A DNA stretch of 64,000 bases from NCBI GenBank assembly GCA_020631815.1, contig JACKGW010000003.1, forward strand, positions 175,169-239,168, written 5' to 3'. The position numbers were made by a program, and so were the translations under genes. Positions 9,270-18,777 of the stretch are shown in pieces. Origin of the DNA: Planctomycetota bacterium (GTDB taxonomy: Bacteria; Planctomycetota; PLA2; JAEUHO01). The first letter of the stretch is position 1. Each line of letters begins with the position of its first letter. The notes under the pieces are model-generated. The model worked only from the letters and a program-made list of their open reading frames with translations, made no database searches and was not told where the DNA came from.

Positions 9270-10858
9270 TAGCGGCCTCCCTCGGCGTGGGCCGGTTCGT
9301 CATGCGGCGTCGCGGCCGTCTGGGCGCCCGCGGCGGCCGCTTCGGCCTCCTGGATGCGCGTGAGGATGGGCCGGACGCCGTCCTCGGCCAGGTCGATCAT
9401 GGGCTGCGGCCGGAAGCCGAACCACACGAGCACCCCCATGAGGACGATGAAGGGCAGCTTCTGGATCGGGCGCGTGGCGTCCTTCAGGTCCTTCCAGCGC
9501 TCGGGCATGTCCCCGTACCAGACGTCCTTCACGGCACGCAGCAGGTAGACGCCGGTCAGCACCAGGCCCCAGACCGCAAGCACGGCAGGGATCTTGGTGA
9601 AGAGCGAGTCGCTCTGCCAGGCGCCGATGATGACCATCAGCTCGCTGACGAAGTTGGCGAAGCCCGGCAGGCCGGCAGAGGCCATGGCCGCCACGATGAA
9701 GCAGAAGCCCGCGAAGGGCATCACCTTCATGAGGCCGCCGAGGTCCCCCACCATGCGCGTGTGCGTCTGGTCGTAGAACCAGCCGATCAGCGAGAAGGCC
9801 AGGGCCGTCATGATGCCGTGGGCGAACATGAGGAAGACCGCGCCCGAGAAGCCGACGAGCGTGATGCTGGCCAGGCCCAGCAAGACGTAGCCCATGTGGC
9901 TCGACGACGAGTAGCCGATGATCAGCTTCAAGTCCTTGTGCCGGATCGCCACGAGGGCGCCGTAGACGATGTTGAAGCAGCACAGGATGCCGACCCACGG
10001 CAGGTAGACCGCGGCGGCGTCCGGCATGTAGGTCATCGCGACGCGCAGCACGCCGAACGCGCCCAGCTTCATCAGCACGCCCGCGTGCAGCATGGAGACC
10101 GCGGCCGGGGCCGCCGCGTGGCCCGCGGGGCTCCACGAGTGGAGCGGCCAGAGCGGGATCAGGCTGGCGAAGCCGAGGAACACGACCGGGAACCAGATCA
10201 TCTGGTCCTTGACGGCCAGCTTGACGTCCTCGAGGGCCACCATGTCGAACGTGTGGCCCTGCGTGTAGAGCCAGAGCAACCCCACGAGAGCCGCGACGGC
10301 GCCCGTGGAGAGCATGAGCACCAGCTTCATCGTGGCGTACTGCTGGTCCACGGTGCGCGTGGTGCTGCCCCAGATCCCGATCAACAGGAACATGGGGATC
10401 ACGGCCAGCTCGTAGAAGAAGTAGTAGAAGAACAGGTCCAGGGAGACGAACACGCCGAAGACGCCCGTGACGAGCGCCATCAGGTTGATGTAGTACTCCT
10501 TGACCCGCTTCTGCACCGTGTACGAGACGATGACGCCCGCGAAAATGATGAACGCGGTGAGCAGCACCATGGCGACGCCGATGCCGTCGACGCCCAGACG
10601 GAAGCCGAGGCCCAGCGAGGGCACCCAGTCCACGTCCATCGTGTGCTTGTAGACGTGCTCGGCCGTGGTCCCGGCGCCGGCCACGCGGCCGACGGGGGCG
10701 TCGTGGTAGCCCCACGCCAAGGCGAGGGACGCCACCAGGACGAGCGACGAGGCCAGCGTGGCGACGCCACGGACCCAGGTCACGCGCTGCCCGGGGATCG
10801 CGAACAGCACGGCTGTCGCGATCGCGGGCGTCAGGAGGATGAGCAGGAGGAGGTTCAC
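9269..10858 (-). CDS. nuoM: NADH-quinone oxidoreductase subunit M
   Basis: 529-aa antiporter-like subunit (ND4 family) between nuoL and nuoN. GTG start. Confidence 0.9.
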   Translation of the reverse strand: MNLLLLILLTPAIATAVLFAIPGQRVTWVRGVATLASSLVLVASLALAWGYHDAPVGRVAGAGTTAEHVYKHTMDVDWVPSLGLGFRLGVDGIGVAMVLLTAFIIFAGVIVSYTVQKRVKEYYINLMALVTGVFGVFVSLDLFFYYFFYELAVIPMFLLIGIWGSTTRTVDQQYATMKLVLMLSTGAVAALVGLLWLYTQGHTFDMVALEDVKLAVKDQMIWFPVVFLGFASLIPLWPLHSWSPAGHAAAPAAVSMLHAGVLMKLGAFGVLRVAMTYMPDAAAVYLPWVGILCCFNIVYGALVAIRHKDLKLIIGYSSSSHMGYVLLGLASITLVGFSGAVFLMFAHGIMTALAFSLIGWFYDQTHTRMVGDLGGLMKVMPFAGFCFIVAAMASAGLPGFANFVSELMVIIGAWQSDSLFTKIPAVLAVWGLVLTGVYLLRAVKDVWYGDMPERWKDLKDATRPIQKLPFIVLMGVLVWFGFRPQPMIDLAEDGVRPILTRIQEAEAAAAGAQTAATPHDEPAHAEGGR

Positions 10859-10874
10859 CGTGTGCGTCCCCCGA

Positions 10875-12878
10875 TCACCGGAGCTGCAGCTGGACGAGGA
10901 CGACGAGCAGCACGATCACCGCCCCGACCACGAACGAGGTCACGTAGGCACCCAGTCGACCTGACTGGGCGCGGCGCAGGGCCTCGCCGCTGGCGCGGGT
11001 GCCCTGCGAGAGGCCGTTGATGGCGCCCTGGATGATCACGTTGCGCTCGAACCACCAGCACACGTTGGCGATGCCCTGCTGGACGGTGCGCACGAGCCAG
11101 AGGTAGAAGCGGTCGACGTACCAGAGCTCGTTGCAGAGGGTCCAGATGCCGCCCAGCTTGGCCGGCAGCGGGTCCTTGCCCTCGCTCTTGGCGTAGATCG
11201 CGCGGGCCAGGAGCGCGCCGCCGATCGCGATGACCGTGGAGAGCGCCGCCAGCCAGACGTGCAGGTGGGCCGACTCGCCGACGTGCCAGTCGTGCAGCAG
11301 GTGCTCGAAGATGTTGGTGTGCGCGGTGCCGAACGTGTTGTCCGGGATGCCGATGAAGCCCACGAACAGGCTGGCGATGGCCAGGGCCCACAGCGGGCCG
11401 GTCATGACCTTCGGGCTCTCGTGGGCCGGGTGATGGCCGCGGTAGGAGCCGCTGAACGTCATGTGCGTGGCGCGGAACATGTAGAAGGCGGTCATGCCGG
11501 CGACGGCCAGACCGAGGATGAGCAGCAGCGGCCCCCCGGCGATCGAGGCGTTGCCGACGTAGCTGCCGAGGATCTCGTCCTTGGACCACCAGCCGGCGAT
11601 GGGCAGGATCGCGGTGAGCGAGACCGTGCCGATCATCCAGGTGCGGTACGTGGACGGCATGAGCGACTTGAGGCCGCCCATGTGGGTCATGTCCTGCTCG
11701 TGGTGGCAGCCGTGGATTACGCTGCCCGCGCACAGGAAGAGCAGCGCCTTGAAGCAGGCGTGCGTGGTGAGGTGGAACATGGCCGCCGTGTAGGCCCCGG
11801 CGCCCAAGGCCATCGTCATGTAGCCCAGCTGCGACAGCGTCGAGTAGGCGAGCACCTTCTTGATGTCGCGCTGGGTGATGGCCATGGTCGCGGCGATGAA
11901 GGCGGTGATGCCGCCGAGCCAGGCCACGACCGTCGGCGCCCACGACGAGCCCTGCAGCACGAAGAAGCAGCGGATCATCATGTAGATGCCGGCCGCGACC
12001 ATGGTGGCCGCGTGCATCAGCGCGGAGACGGGCGTCGGGCCTTCCATGGCGTCCGGCAGCCAGACGTGCAGCGGGAACTGGGCGCTCTTGCCCATGCAGC
12101 CGCAGAAGACCAGGATCGCGCCCAGGCCGGCGAGCCAGCTGGAGCCGAAGAACGAGGCCCCGTAGCCCTCCTCGAACACGGCGTGGCGGATGACCTCGAA
12201 GTCGAACGACAGGGTGCCCGTGGCCTCCCCCACGGCCGTCCAGACCATGAGGATGCCGAGCAGGAAGCCGAAGTCGCCCACGCGGTTGGTGAGGAAGGCC
12301 TTCTTGGCGGCCTCACCGGCGCTGTGCTTCTTCCAGTAGTAGCCGATCAGCAGGTACGAGCTGACGCCCACCAGCTCCCAGAAGACGAACGTCTGGAAGA
12401 AGTTGGGCGAGATCACGATGCCGAGCATCGAGAACACGAACAGGCTGAACTTGCCGTAGAAGCGCCCCATCGCGGGGTCGCCGTGCATGTAGCCCAGCGC
12501 GTAGACGAAGATCGCCGTGCCGATGCCGGTCACGACCATCGTCATGATCAGCGCCAGCGAGTCCAGGCGCGAACCGAACTGGATCACGACGTCGCCGACG
12601 ACGATCCAGTCGACGACGGCTTCGTAGGTCGCCCCATGCCCACCGAGAAGCGGCAGGAAGTAGAGGACCGTCGTGAGGATGAAGCCCGTCGCGACGCCGG
12701 CGATGGCCAGCGCCGCCGCGGCGTTGCCGCGCTTGCGCAGCGGCGGCATGGCCGCCACCAGGAAGGCCACGCCCAGCGGGATGAAGAGGACGAGCCAAGG
12801 CGCCCAGGCCTTGAAGCCCTCGGTCACCACCTCGGCGGCGTGTCCGGCGGAAGCGAGCGGCAGCAGGAGGTCAGCCAT
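10875..12878 (-). CDS. nuoL: NADH-quinone oxidoreductase subunit L
   Basis: 667-aa antiporter-like subunit (ND5 family) with a long C-terminal region. ATG overlaps the nuoK stop (ATGGCTGA). Confidence 0.9.
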   Translation of the reverse strand: MADLLLPLASAGHAAEVVTEGFKAWAPWLVLFIPLGVAFLVAAMPPLRKRGNAAAALAIAGVATGFILTTVLYFLPLLGGHGATYEAVVDWIVVGDVVIQFGSRLDSLALIMTMVVTGIGTAIFVYALGYMHGDPAMGRFYGKFSLFVFSMLGIVISPNFFQTFVFWELVGVSSYLLIGYYWKKHSAGEAAKKAFLTNRVGDFGFLLGILMVWTAVGEATGTLSFDFEVIRHAVFEEGYGASFFGSSWLAGLGAILVFCGCMGKSAQFPLHVWLPDAMEGPTPVSALMHAATMVAAGIYMMIRCFFVLQGSSWAPTVVAWLGGITAFIAATMAITQRDIKKVLAYSTLSQLGYMTMALGAGAYTAAMFHLTTHACFKALLFLCAGSVIHGCHHEQDMTHMGGLKSLMPSTYRTWMIGTVSLTAILPIAGWWSKDEILGSYVGNASIAGGPLLLILGLAVAGMTAFYMFRATHMTFSGSYRGHHPAHESPKVMTGPLWALAIASLFVGFIGIPDNTFGTAHTNIFEHLLHDWHVGESAHLHVWLAALSTVIAIGGALLARAIYAKSEGKDPLPAKLGGIWTLCNELWYVDRFYLWLVRTVQQGIANVCWWFERNVIIQGAINGLSQGTRASGEALRRAQSGRLGAYVTSFVVGAVIVLLVVLVQLQLR

Positions 12879-13380
12879 GGTGGTCCTCCCCGCTCACGGC
12901 CGCAGCGTGGCCTTCTGCGTCATGTCCGTGGGCCTCGTCACCGTGACCGTCGCCGGCATGGCCGTGCTCGTGGTCATCGTGATGGTCGTGGTCGTGGTGG
13001 TGCTGATCTTCGCCCTCGAGCACGATGCGCGGCAGCGGGCCGTGGTCCACGTCGTGCAGGTCCTGGGCGTCGTCCACGTCGGTGCTCTGACGCAGGCGGT
13101 AGACGGCGATCACGATGGCCAAGCCGACCGCGACCTCGGCGGCCGCGATGGTCATGGCGAAGAAGACGAACACCTGACCCGCGAGGTCGTGGTGCACGCG
13201 CGAGAACGCCACGAACAGGACGTTCACGGCGTTCAGCATGATCTCGACCGACAGCAGCATCAGGAGGATGTTGCGACGGCAGGTCACGCCGATGAGACCC
13301 ACGGCGAACAGCGCCAGACCCAGGAAGATCGACCACTCGATCGGCACGGTCACGGCGAGGAACGAGGCGGCGGCGGTCAC
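12871..13380 (-). CDS. nuoK: NADH-quinone oxidoreductase subunit K with a ~64-aa His/Asp-rich C-terminal extension
   Basis: The first ~100 aa are a canonical 3-TM NuoK/ND4L (…LLSVEIMLNAVNV…AAAEVAVGLAIV…). The tail reads DQHHHDHDHHDDHEHGHAGDGHGDEAHGHDAEGH. GTG start forms a GTGA overlap with the nuoJ stop. Confidence 0.9.
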   Translation of the reverse strand: MTAAASFLAVTVPIEWSIFLGLALFAVGLIGVTCRRNILLMLLSVEIMLNAVNVLFVAFSRVHHDLAGQVFVFFAMTIAAAEVAVGLAIVIAVYRLRQSTDVDDAQDLHDVDHGPLPRIVLEGEDQHHHDHDHHDDHEHGHAGDGHGDEAHGHDAEGHAAAVSGEDHHG

Positions 13381-13946
13381 GTGAGCCTCCGCTTCGTGAG
13401 GATGACGGCGCCCAGGATGGCGCCGAGCAGGATCACGCTGGCCACCTCGAACGGCAGGACCCAGCGCGTGAACATCTCGTCGGCGATGGCCCCGGCGGTG
13501 CCGTCCAGCGGCAGGTCCACGAGGGACGTGGCGTCGGGGTTGGCCGCGACGATGTCGGCCTCGCGGGGCAGCGGGGTCACGGCGCGGTGCAAGAGGCCGC
13601 GGTCCTTGGCGTCACCCAGGGCGACGACGCCCACCACGAGGAAGAGCAGGGCCGCCAGGACCCCGAAGAAGCGCAGCCGGGTGGTCGGCTTACCCTCCAG
13701 CATCTGCTGCCGCAAGTCGAGCAGCATGATGACGAAGAGGAAGAGCACCATGATGGCGCCCGCGTAGACGAGGATCTGGATGGCGCCGACGAAGAACGCC
13801 TCCATCACCACGTAGGTGGCGGCGAGGCCGAAGAACATGACGACGAGCCAAATGGCCGACGCCACGGGGTTCTTCCGCGTCACCGCCAGCAGCGCAGCGC
13901 CAAGCGCCATGCCGCCGAAGAGGATGTACAGGACCTGGGTGGCCAT
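13377..13946 (-). CDS. nuoJ: NADH-quinone oxidoreductase subunit J
   Basis: 189-aa membrane protein of the ND6 family, in the expected operon position. Confidence 0.85.
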   Translation of the reverse strand: MATQVLYILFGGMALGAALLAVTRKNPVASAIWLVVMFFGLAATYVVMEAFFVGAIQILVYAGAIMVLFLFVIMLLDLRQQMLEGKPTTRLRFFGVLAALLFLVVGVVALGDAKDRGLLHRAVTPLPREADIVAANPDATSLVDLPLDGTAGAIADEMFTRWVLPFEVASVILLGAILGAVILTKRRLT

Positions 13947-14086
13947 CGCCCTCGCGTCGCCGGGCGCCCCGCCTGGGGCCGTCCGGCGTCCTCCGTTCGT
14001 GCGGCCCTCGAGCGGCCGCGTCCCTCGTGGGGCCTCCGGTCCCCCCCGACGCTCGCGCCGGGGTCCGGGGCCCTACCTCGATCTCC

Positions 14087-14599
14087 CTACTTGCCCTTCC
14101 ACTTCTTGATGCCGCCGGCCCGGATGCCTCCGAGCTCGTACAGCGTCTCCTTGTCGTGGATCAGCTCGGCACGGCTCGCCCCCCACAGGGCGTACTCCTT
14201 CGACATGAAGATCGCCTCTTCGGGGCAGGCCTCTTCGCAGAGGCCGCAGAAGATGCAGCGCAGCATGTTGATGTTGAAGACGGCCGGCCCGCGCTCGATG
14301 TGCGCGCGCGAAGCGTCGTCGACCTCTTCCGGGACGATGTAGATCGCCTTGGGCGGGCAGACGTACTCGCAGAGCGAGCAGGCCACGCACTTGGGCCGTC
14401 CCTCGTCGTCCTTCACGAGCACCGGGGCACCGCGGTAGCCCTCGCGGACCTCCCAGCGCTCCTCCGGGAACTGCATCGTGACCTTGCGCTGGAACATCCG
14501 GCGGAAGGTGATGCCGAGGCCCTTGAGGACGGACGGCACGTACAGCCGTTCCAGGAACGTCGAGGGCGTGCGGTGGACGGTCTTGACCTTGGCGCTCAC
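14087..14599 (-). CDS. nuoI: NADH-quinone oxidoreductase subunit I (2x[4Fe-4S] ferredoxin)
   Basis: Two CxxCxxCxxxCP motifs (CVACSLCEYVCP, CIFCGLCEEACP). Start re-placed to GTG 14599, preceded by GGAGG and overlapping the nuoH stop. The track ORF is over-extended to 14836. Confidence 0.85.
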   Translation of the reverse strand: MSAKVKTVHRTPSTFLERLYVPSVLKGLGITFRRMFQRKVTMQFPEERWEVREGYRGAPVLVKDDEGRPKCVACSLCEYVCPPKAIYIVPEEVDDASRAHIERGPAVFNINMLRCIFCGLCEEACPEEAIFMSKEYALWGASRAELIHDKETLYELGGIRAGGIKKWKGK

Positions 14600-15852
14600 G
14601 AGCCCACCTCCCCCGTCGCTCCGCCGCCGGCGGGACGGTTGCCGCTCCAGAGAGCCGACGTCGGATCGGCCGCCAGGGGACGCACCGCGGTCTTCTCGCG
14701 GCGGTACACGATGCCCACGACCACCAAGGCCGCCGCGAGCAGGCCGACCGGCATCACGTAGAGCAAAGCCGGGATGCCCGTGGCCAGGGCCGCCGCGGTC
14801 AGCAGGATGTTGAGCAAGGCCAGCGGGATGAACCACGACCAGCCCAGCGCCATCAGCTGGTCATACCGGAAGCGCGGGATGGTCCAGCGCACCCAGATGA
14901 ACAGGAACAGGAAGAAGAACGTCTTCAGCGCGAAGGACAGGAGGCCCATCCAGGGACCCAGCGCCTCGAGGCCGAACAGCGTCCAGCCGCCGCAGAAGAG
15001 CGTCACGACCAGGGCCGAGCCGACGGTCATGTGCGTGTACTCGGCCAGGAAGAACAGCGCGAACTTCATGGACGAGTATTCGGTGTGGTACCCGGCCACG
15101 AGCTCGGTCTCGGACTCGGGCATGTCGAACGGCAGGCGGTTGGTCTCGGCGTACGCGCTGACGAGGAAGATGAAGAAGGCCAGGGGCTGGAAGAACAGGA
15201 ACCAGCCGTGCTCGCCCTGCCAGCGGACGATGTCCCCGAGGCCCAGCGACCCGGTCATGAGCAACACGGGCACGATGGCCAACCCCAGCGACAGCTCGTA
15301 GCTGATCATCTGCGCGCTGGCGCGGACGCCGCCGAGCAGCGAGTACTTGCTGTTGGACGCCCACCCGCCCAGCGTGATGCCGTACACGCTGATCCCGGCC
15401 ATGCTGAGGATGTAGAGCACGCCGATGTCGAGGTCGGCGATCTGCCACGACTGGTGCCAGGTCCAGTCACCCGCCTGCTGCACCTCACCCATGAACGGGA
15501 TGACGGCGAACGTGACCATGGCCGGGAGCAACGAGATCGCCGGGGCCAGCACGTAGATCCAGCGGTCCACGTGACGGGGGATCACGTCCTCCTTGAACAT
15601 GAACTTGCCGAGGTCGGCCAGCGGCTGGAGCAAGCCCTCGGGGCCGACGCGGTTGGGACCGATGCGGTCCTGCATCCACGCGCTCACGCGACGCTCGGAC
15701 CAGACCATGAGCGCGCCCACGATCAGGACGACGTGCGCCACGAGCAGCACGAGCAGTACGCGGCCGATGACCCAGCCGAGCGTGCTGCCGCCGTGCTCCG
15801 GGCGGCTGAAGATGCCGGCGAGAACGTGGACCATGGACCAAGCCGTCGTCAC
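14596..15852 (-). CDS. nuoH: NADH-quinone oxidoreductase subunit H
   Basis: ND1-family sequence (…ERRVSAWMQDRIGPNRVGP…AETNRLPFDMPESETELVAGYHTEYS…). Start is GTG 15852, with GGAGGTGAGCTC upstream and a GTGA overlap with the nuoG stop; ATG 15834 is an alternative. The track ORF is over-extended to 16398. Confidence 0.85.
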   Translation of the reverse strand: MTTAWSMVHVLAGIFSRPEHGGSTLGWVIGRVLLVLLVAHVVLIVGALMVWSERRVSAWMQDRIGPNRVGPEGLLQPLADLGKFMFKEDVIPRHVDRWIYVLAPAISLLPAMVTFAVIPFMGEVQQAGDWTWHQSWQIADLDIGVLYILSMAGISVYGITLGGWASNSKYSLLGGVRASAQMISYELSLGLAIVPVLLMTGSLGLGDIVRWQGEHGWFLFFQPLAFFIFLVSAYAETNRLPFDMPESETELVAGYHTEYSSMKFALFFLAEYTHMTVGSALVVTLFCGGWTLFGLEALGPWMGLLSFALKTFFFLFLFIWVRWTIPRFRYDQLMALGWSWFIPLALLNILLTAAALATGIPALLYVMPVGLLAAALVVVGIVYRREKTAVRPLAADPTSALWSGNRPAGGGATGEVGS

Positions 15853-17393
15853 GAGCTCACCTCCGCGGGCTCGCGCGACGCGGGCGGCCAGACCAGGTCG
15901 GCCAAGCCGGGCGCTGCGCGCAGTCGGGTCTCGAGGGCCGCGTCGTCCAGCACGTCGTGGCCGGCGTCGAGGTCCAGGAGGATCTCCTGGGCCACGGCCT
16001 GGAAGGGCTGGACGGCCGAGGGACCGGCCTCGCCCGTGCCGAGCAGACGCTGCACGCGCCCGCCTACGTTGACGAGCCAGCCGTCGCGCTCGGCGAAGGA
16101 GCCGAACGGGAAGGCCACGCGCACCGAGTCGGGCACGTGGGAGGCGTCGGTGACGAAGGCGACCACGGCACCGCTCGCCGCCCGCAGGTCGGCGGGGACG
16201 TGCTCGTCGCGCTCGATCACGAGCACGGCGGCGCCGGCGTCCGCGGCGTTCTTCACGCGGGCGAGGCCCAAGGCCTCCGCACCGCGCGCGTTGGCGCCCT
16301 TCTCGTTGACGACGAGGAACTCGTCGCCGTCGTCCCCGACGTGTGCCGCGAAGCGGGCCTCGCCGCCGAGTGCCGCGGCCAGCTGGCGCGCGACCCACAT
16401 CTCTTCCAGCGTGGCGCCGCCGTCGAGCAGCACGTGGCCGGGGCGCTCCTCGTGGCGGTGCTCGGCCAGGGCGGCGGACGCCGCCTGGATCGCCTGCTCG
16501 AACGTGGCCTCACGCCAGGCACCGGACGCATCGCGCACGGCGGGCACGCCCAGACGCGTCGCACTGTTGGCGTGCTTGTAGCCGAGGCGACCGGCGTCGC
16601 ACATCCACCACTGGTTGACGTCCTGGTTCTCGCGGGGCTCGAGGCGCAGGACCTTGCCCATGCGCGCACCGACGGTGACGTTGCAGCCGCGGGCGCAGCC
16701 CGTGCACACGCTCGGCACGAAGTCCATGAACCAGAGCCGGCTGCGGAAGCGGAAGTCGCGGCTGGTGAGCGCGCCGACCGGGCAGAGGTCCACGATGTTC
16801 ATGCTGTAGCGCGTGGTGAACTCACCGGCGCTGGTCATGATGACCTGCTCGTGGTCGCTGCGCTGGCCCATCGACAGCTCGTTGGTGTCGGTGATCTCCT
16901 CGCAGAAGCGGACGCAGAGGGTGCACTTGATGCAGCGCTCGGCGTCGTAGACGATCTGCTCGCCGAACGGCTGGTTCTTCGGCAGCTTCGTCTTGGGCGT
17001 GGACGTGACGGCGCGACCGGAGCCCAGCTGGTACGAGTAGTCCTGCAGGTGGCACTCGCCCGCCTGGTCGCAGATCGGGCAGTCCAGCGGGTGGTTCACG
17101 AGCAGCATCTGCATCGTGTCGGCCCGTGCCTCGTGGGCGAGGTCGCTGTCGGTGTTGACCGAGAGGCCCGGGAAGCACGCCATCTTGCAGGCGATCTGGG
17201 GACGCGGGCTGCCCACGACCTCGACCATGCAGATGCGGCAGTTGCCGGCCGGCGACATGGACGGGTGGTAGCAGTAGTGCGGCACGTCGATGCCGTGGCG
17301 ATGCGCGACGCGGATGACCGTGTCACCCGGCTCGTAGGGGTAGGCCGTCCCGTTGATCGTGACGACCGGTTCGGGGGAGCTCGAAGCGCTCAT
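15849..17393 (-). CDS. nuoG: NADH-quinone oxidoreductase subunit G (short, 514-aa form)
   Basis: N-terminal 2Fe-2S and 4Fe-4S cysteine clusters (…GNCRICMVEV…, HPLDCPICDQAGECHLQD, …CIKCTLCVRFC…). Expected operon position. Confidence 0.85.
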   Translation of the reverse strand: MSASSSPEPVVTINGTAYPYEPGDTVIRVAHRHGIDVPHYCYHPSMSPAGNCRICMVEVVGSPRPQIACKMACFPGLSVNTDSDLAHEARADTMQMLLVNHPLDCPICDQAGECHLQDYSYQLGSGRAVTSTPKTKLPKNQPFGEQIVYDAERCIKCTLCVRFCEEITDTNELSMGQRSDHEQVIMTSAGEFTTRYSMNIVDLCPVGALTSRDFRFRSRLWFMDFVPSVCTGCARGCNVTVGARMGKVLRLEPRENQDVNQWWMCDAGRLGYKHANSATRLGVPAVRDASGAWREATFEQAIQAASAALAEHRHEERPGHVLLDGGATLEEMWVARQLAAALGGEARFAAHVGDDGDEFLVVNEKGANARGAEALGLARVKNAADAGAAVLVIERDEHVPADLRAASGAVVAFVTDASHVPDSVRVAFPFGSFAERDGWLVNVGGRVQRLLGTGEAGPSAVQPFQAVAQEILLDLDAGHDVLDDAALETRLRAAPGLADLVWPPASREPAEVSS

Positions 17394-17405
17394 CGACGGG
17401 GCCCC

Positions 17406-18764
17406 CTACTTCACGCCTGCCGGCTGGCGAGCGGAGCGCGCTTCCGCTTCGGCGCGCTGCTCGTCCGGCGACATCTTGGCCACGAACTCGTGGCGGAACT
17501 TGCGCACGATGCTGCGCAGCGGCCAGACCGCGGCGTCAGCGAGGGCGCAGATGGTGCGCCCCTCGATCTGGCGGAACAGGTTCTCGAGCAGGTCGAGGTC
17601 CGAGCGCGTGCCCTGGCCCGCGTCGAAGCGATGGAAGATCTTCTCCATCCAGTGGCAGCCCTCACGGCAGGGCGTGCACTGACCGCACGACTCGTCGGCG
17701 AAGAAGTGCGCGATGTTCTCGCAGGCTTGGACCATGTCGCACGTGTCGTCCATGACGATCGCGCACGCCGTGCCCAGGCCGCTGCCGGCCGCCTTCAGGT
17801 CGTCGAAGCCCATCTTCACGTCGAGCTCGTCGCCCGTGAGGACCGGCATGCTGAGCCCACCGGGGATCACGGCCTTGATCGTGCGACCCTCGAGCGCGCC
17901 GCCCGCGTAGTCCTCGATCATCTGGCGCAGCGTGATGCCGAACTCGAACTCCCAGACGCCGGGCTTCTGCACGTCGCCCGACACGCCCATGAGCTTGGTG
18001 CCGGAGCTGCCCACGCTGCGGGGATCGGCCGGGTCCGGCGGGATGCCCTGCTTGGCGAACGCCGCGCCGCCGTTCTCGATGATCCACGGCACGTGCGCGA
18101 GCGTCTCGACGTTGTTGATCACCGTGGGGCTGGCGAACGCGCCCTCGACGGCGGGGAACGGCGGCTTGATGCGCGGGTGACCGCGCTTGCCCTCGAGCGA
18201 CTCGAGCAGCGCCGTCTCCTCGCCGCAGATGTAGGCGCCCGCACCGCTGTGGACGACGACGTCGCAGTGGAAGTCGCGGCCGGCGATCTTCTTGCCGACG
18301 AAGCCCTCCTTGCGGGCCTCTTCGATGGCACCCCAGAGGCGCTCGATGGAGAGCGGGTACTCGCCGCGCACGTAGATGTAGACCATCGACGCGCCCACGG
18401 CGTAGGCCGTGATGAGGCACCCCTCGATCACCAAGTGGGGATCGAGCTCCATCAGGTAGCGGTCCTTGAACGTGCCGGGCTCGCTCTCGTCGGCGTTGAG
18501 GCAGATGTACTTCGTCTTGTCCGTCTGCTTGGGGACGAAGCTCCACTTGACGCCCGTGGGGAAGCCCGCGCCGCCGCGCCCGCGCAAGCGGCTGGTCTTG
18601 ACCTCGTCGATGACCTGGTCGGGCGTCATCGAGCCGAGCGCCTTCTCCAGGCTGCGGTACGCGCCACGCTGACGCGCGACGTCGAACGTCCACGCCTTGT
18701 CGACGTCGAAGTTGCGCGAGAGCACCTTCGTCTCGGGGTAGCGCTTGGGGGTCTTGGCCGCCAT
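17406..18764 (-). CDS. nuoF: NADH-quinone oxidoreductase subunit F (FMN/NADH-binding)
   Basis: RGRGGAGFPTG FMN/NADH motif and the C-terminal ESCGQCTPCREG 4Fe-4S motif. Confidence 0.9.
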   Translation of the reverse strand: MAAKTPKRYPETKVLSRNFDVDKAWTFDVARQRGAYRSLEKALGSMTPDQVIDEVKTSRLRGRGGAGFPTGVKWSFVPKQTDKTKYICLNADESEPGTFKDRYLMELDPHLVIEGCLITAYAVGASMVYIYVRGEYPLSIERLWGAIEEARKEGFVGKKIAGRDFHCDVVVHSGAGAYICGEETALLESLEGKRGHPRIKPPFPAVEGAFASPTVINNVETLAHVPWIIENGGAAFAKQGIPPDPADPRSVGSSGTKLMGVSGDVQKPGVWEFEFGITLRQMIEDYAGGALEGRTIKAVIPGGLSMPVLTGDELDVKMGFDDLKAAGSGLGTACAIVMDDTCDMVQACENIAHFFADESCGQCTPCREGCHWMEKIFHRFDAGQGTRSDLDLLENLFRQIEGRTICALADAAVWPLRSIVRKFRHEFVAKMSPDEQRAEAEARSARQPAGVK

Positions 18765-18777
18765 GCCTCGTGCGCTC

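Noticed and set aside
14596-16398. N-terminal extensions of track ORFs: nuoH to 16398, nuoI to 14836, nuoC to 22160, the SBP to 37195, asnB to 57819, groEL to 48153, der to 40131 and lon to 27435
   Set aside because: The extensions overlap the preceding gene in another frame, are Arg/Pro/Gly-rich, and homology to the family begins only at the internal start. The tool reports the longest ATG/GTG ORF.
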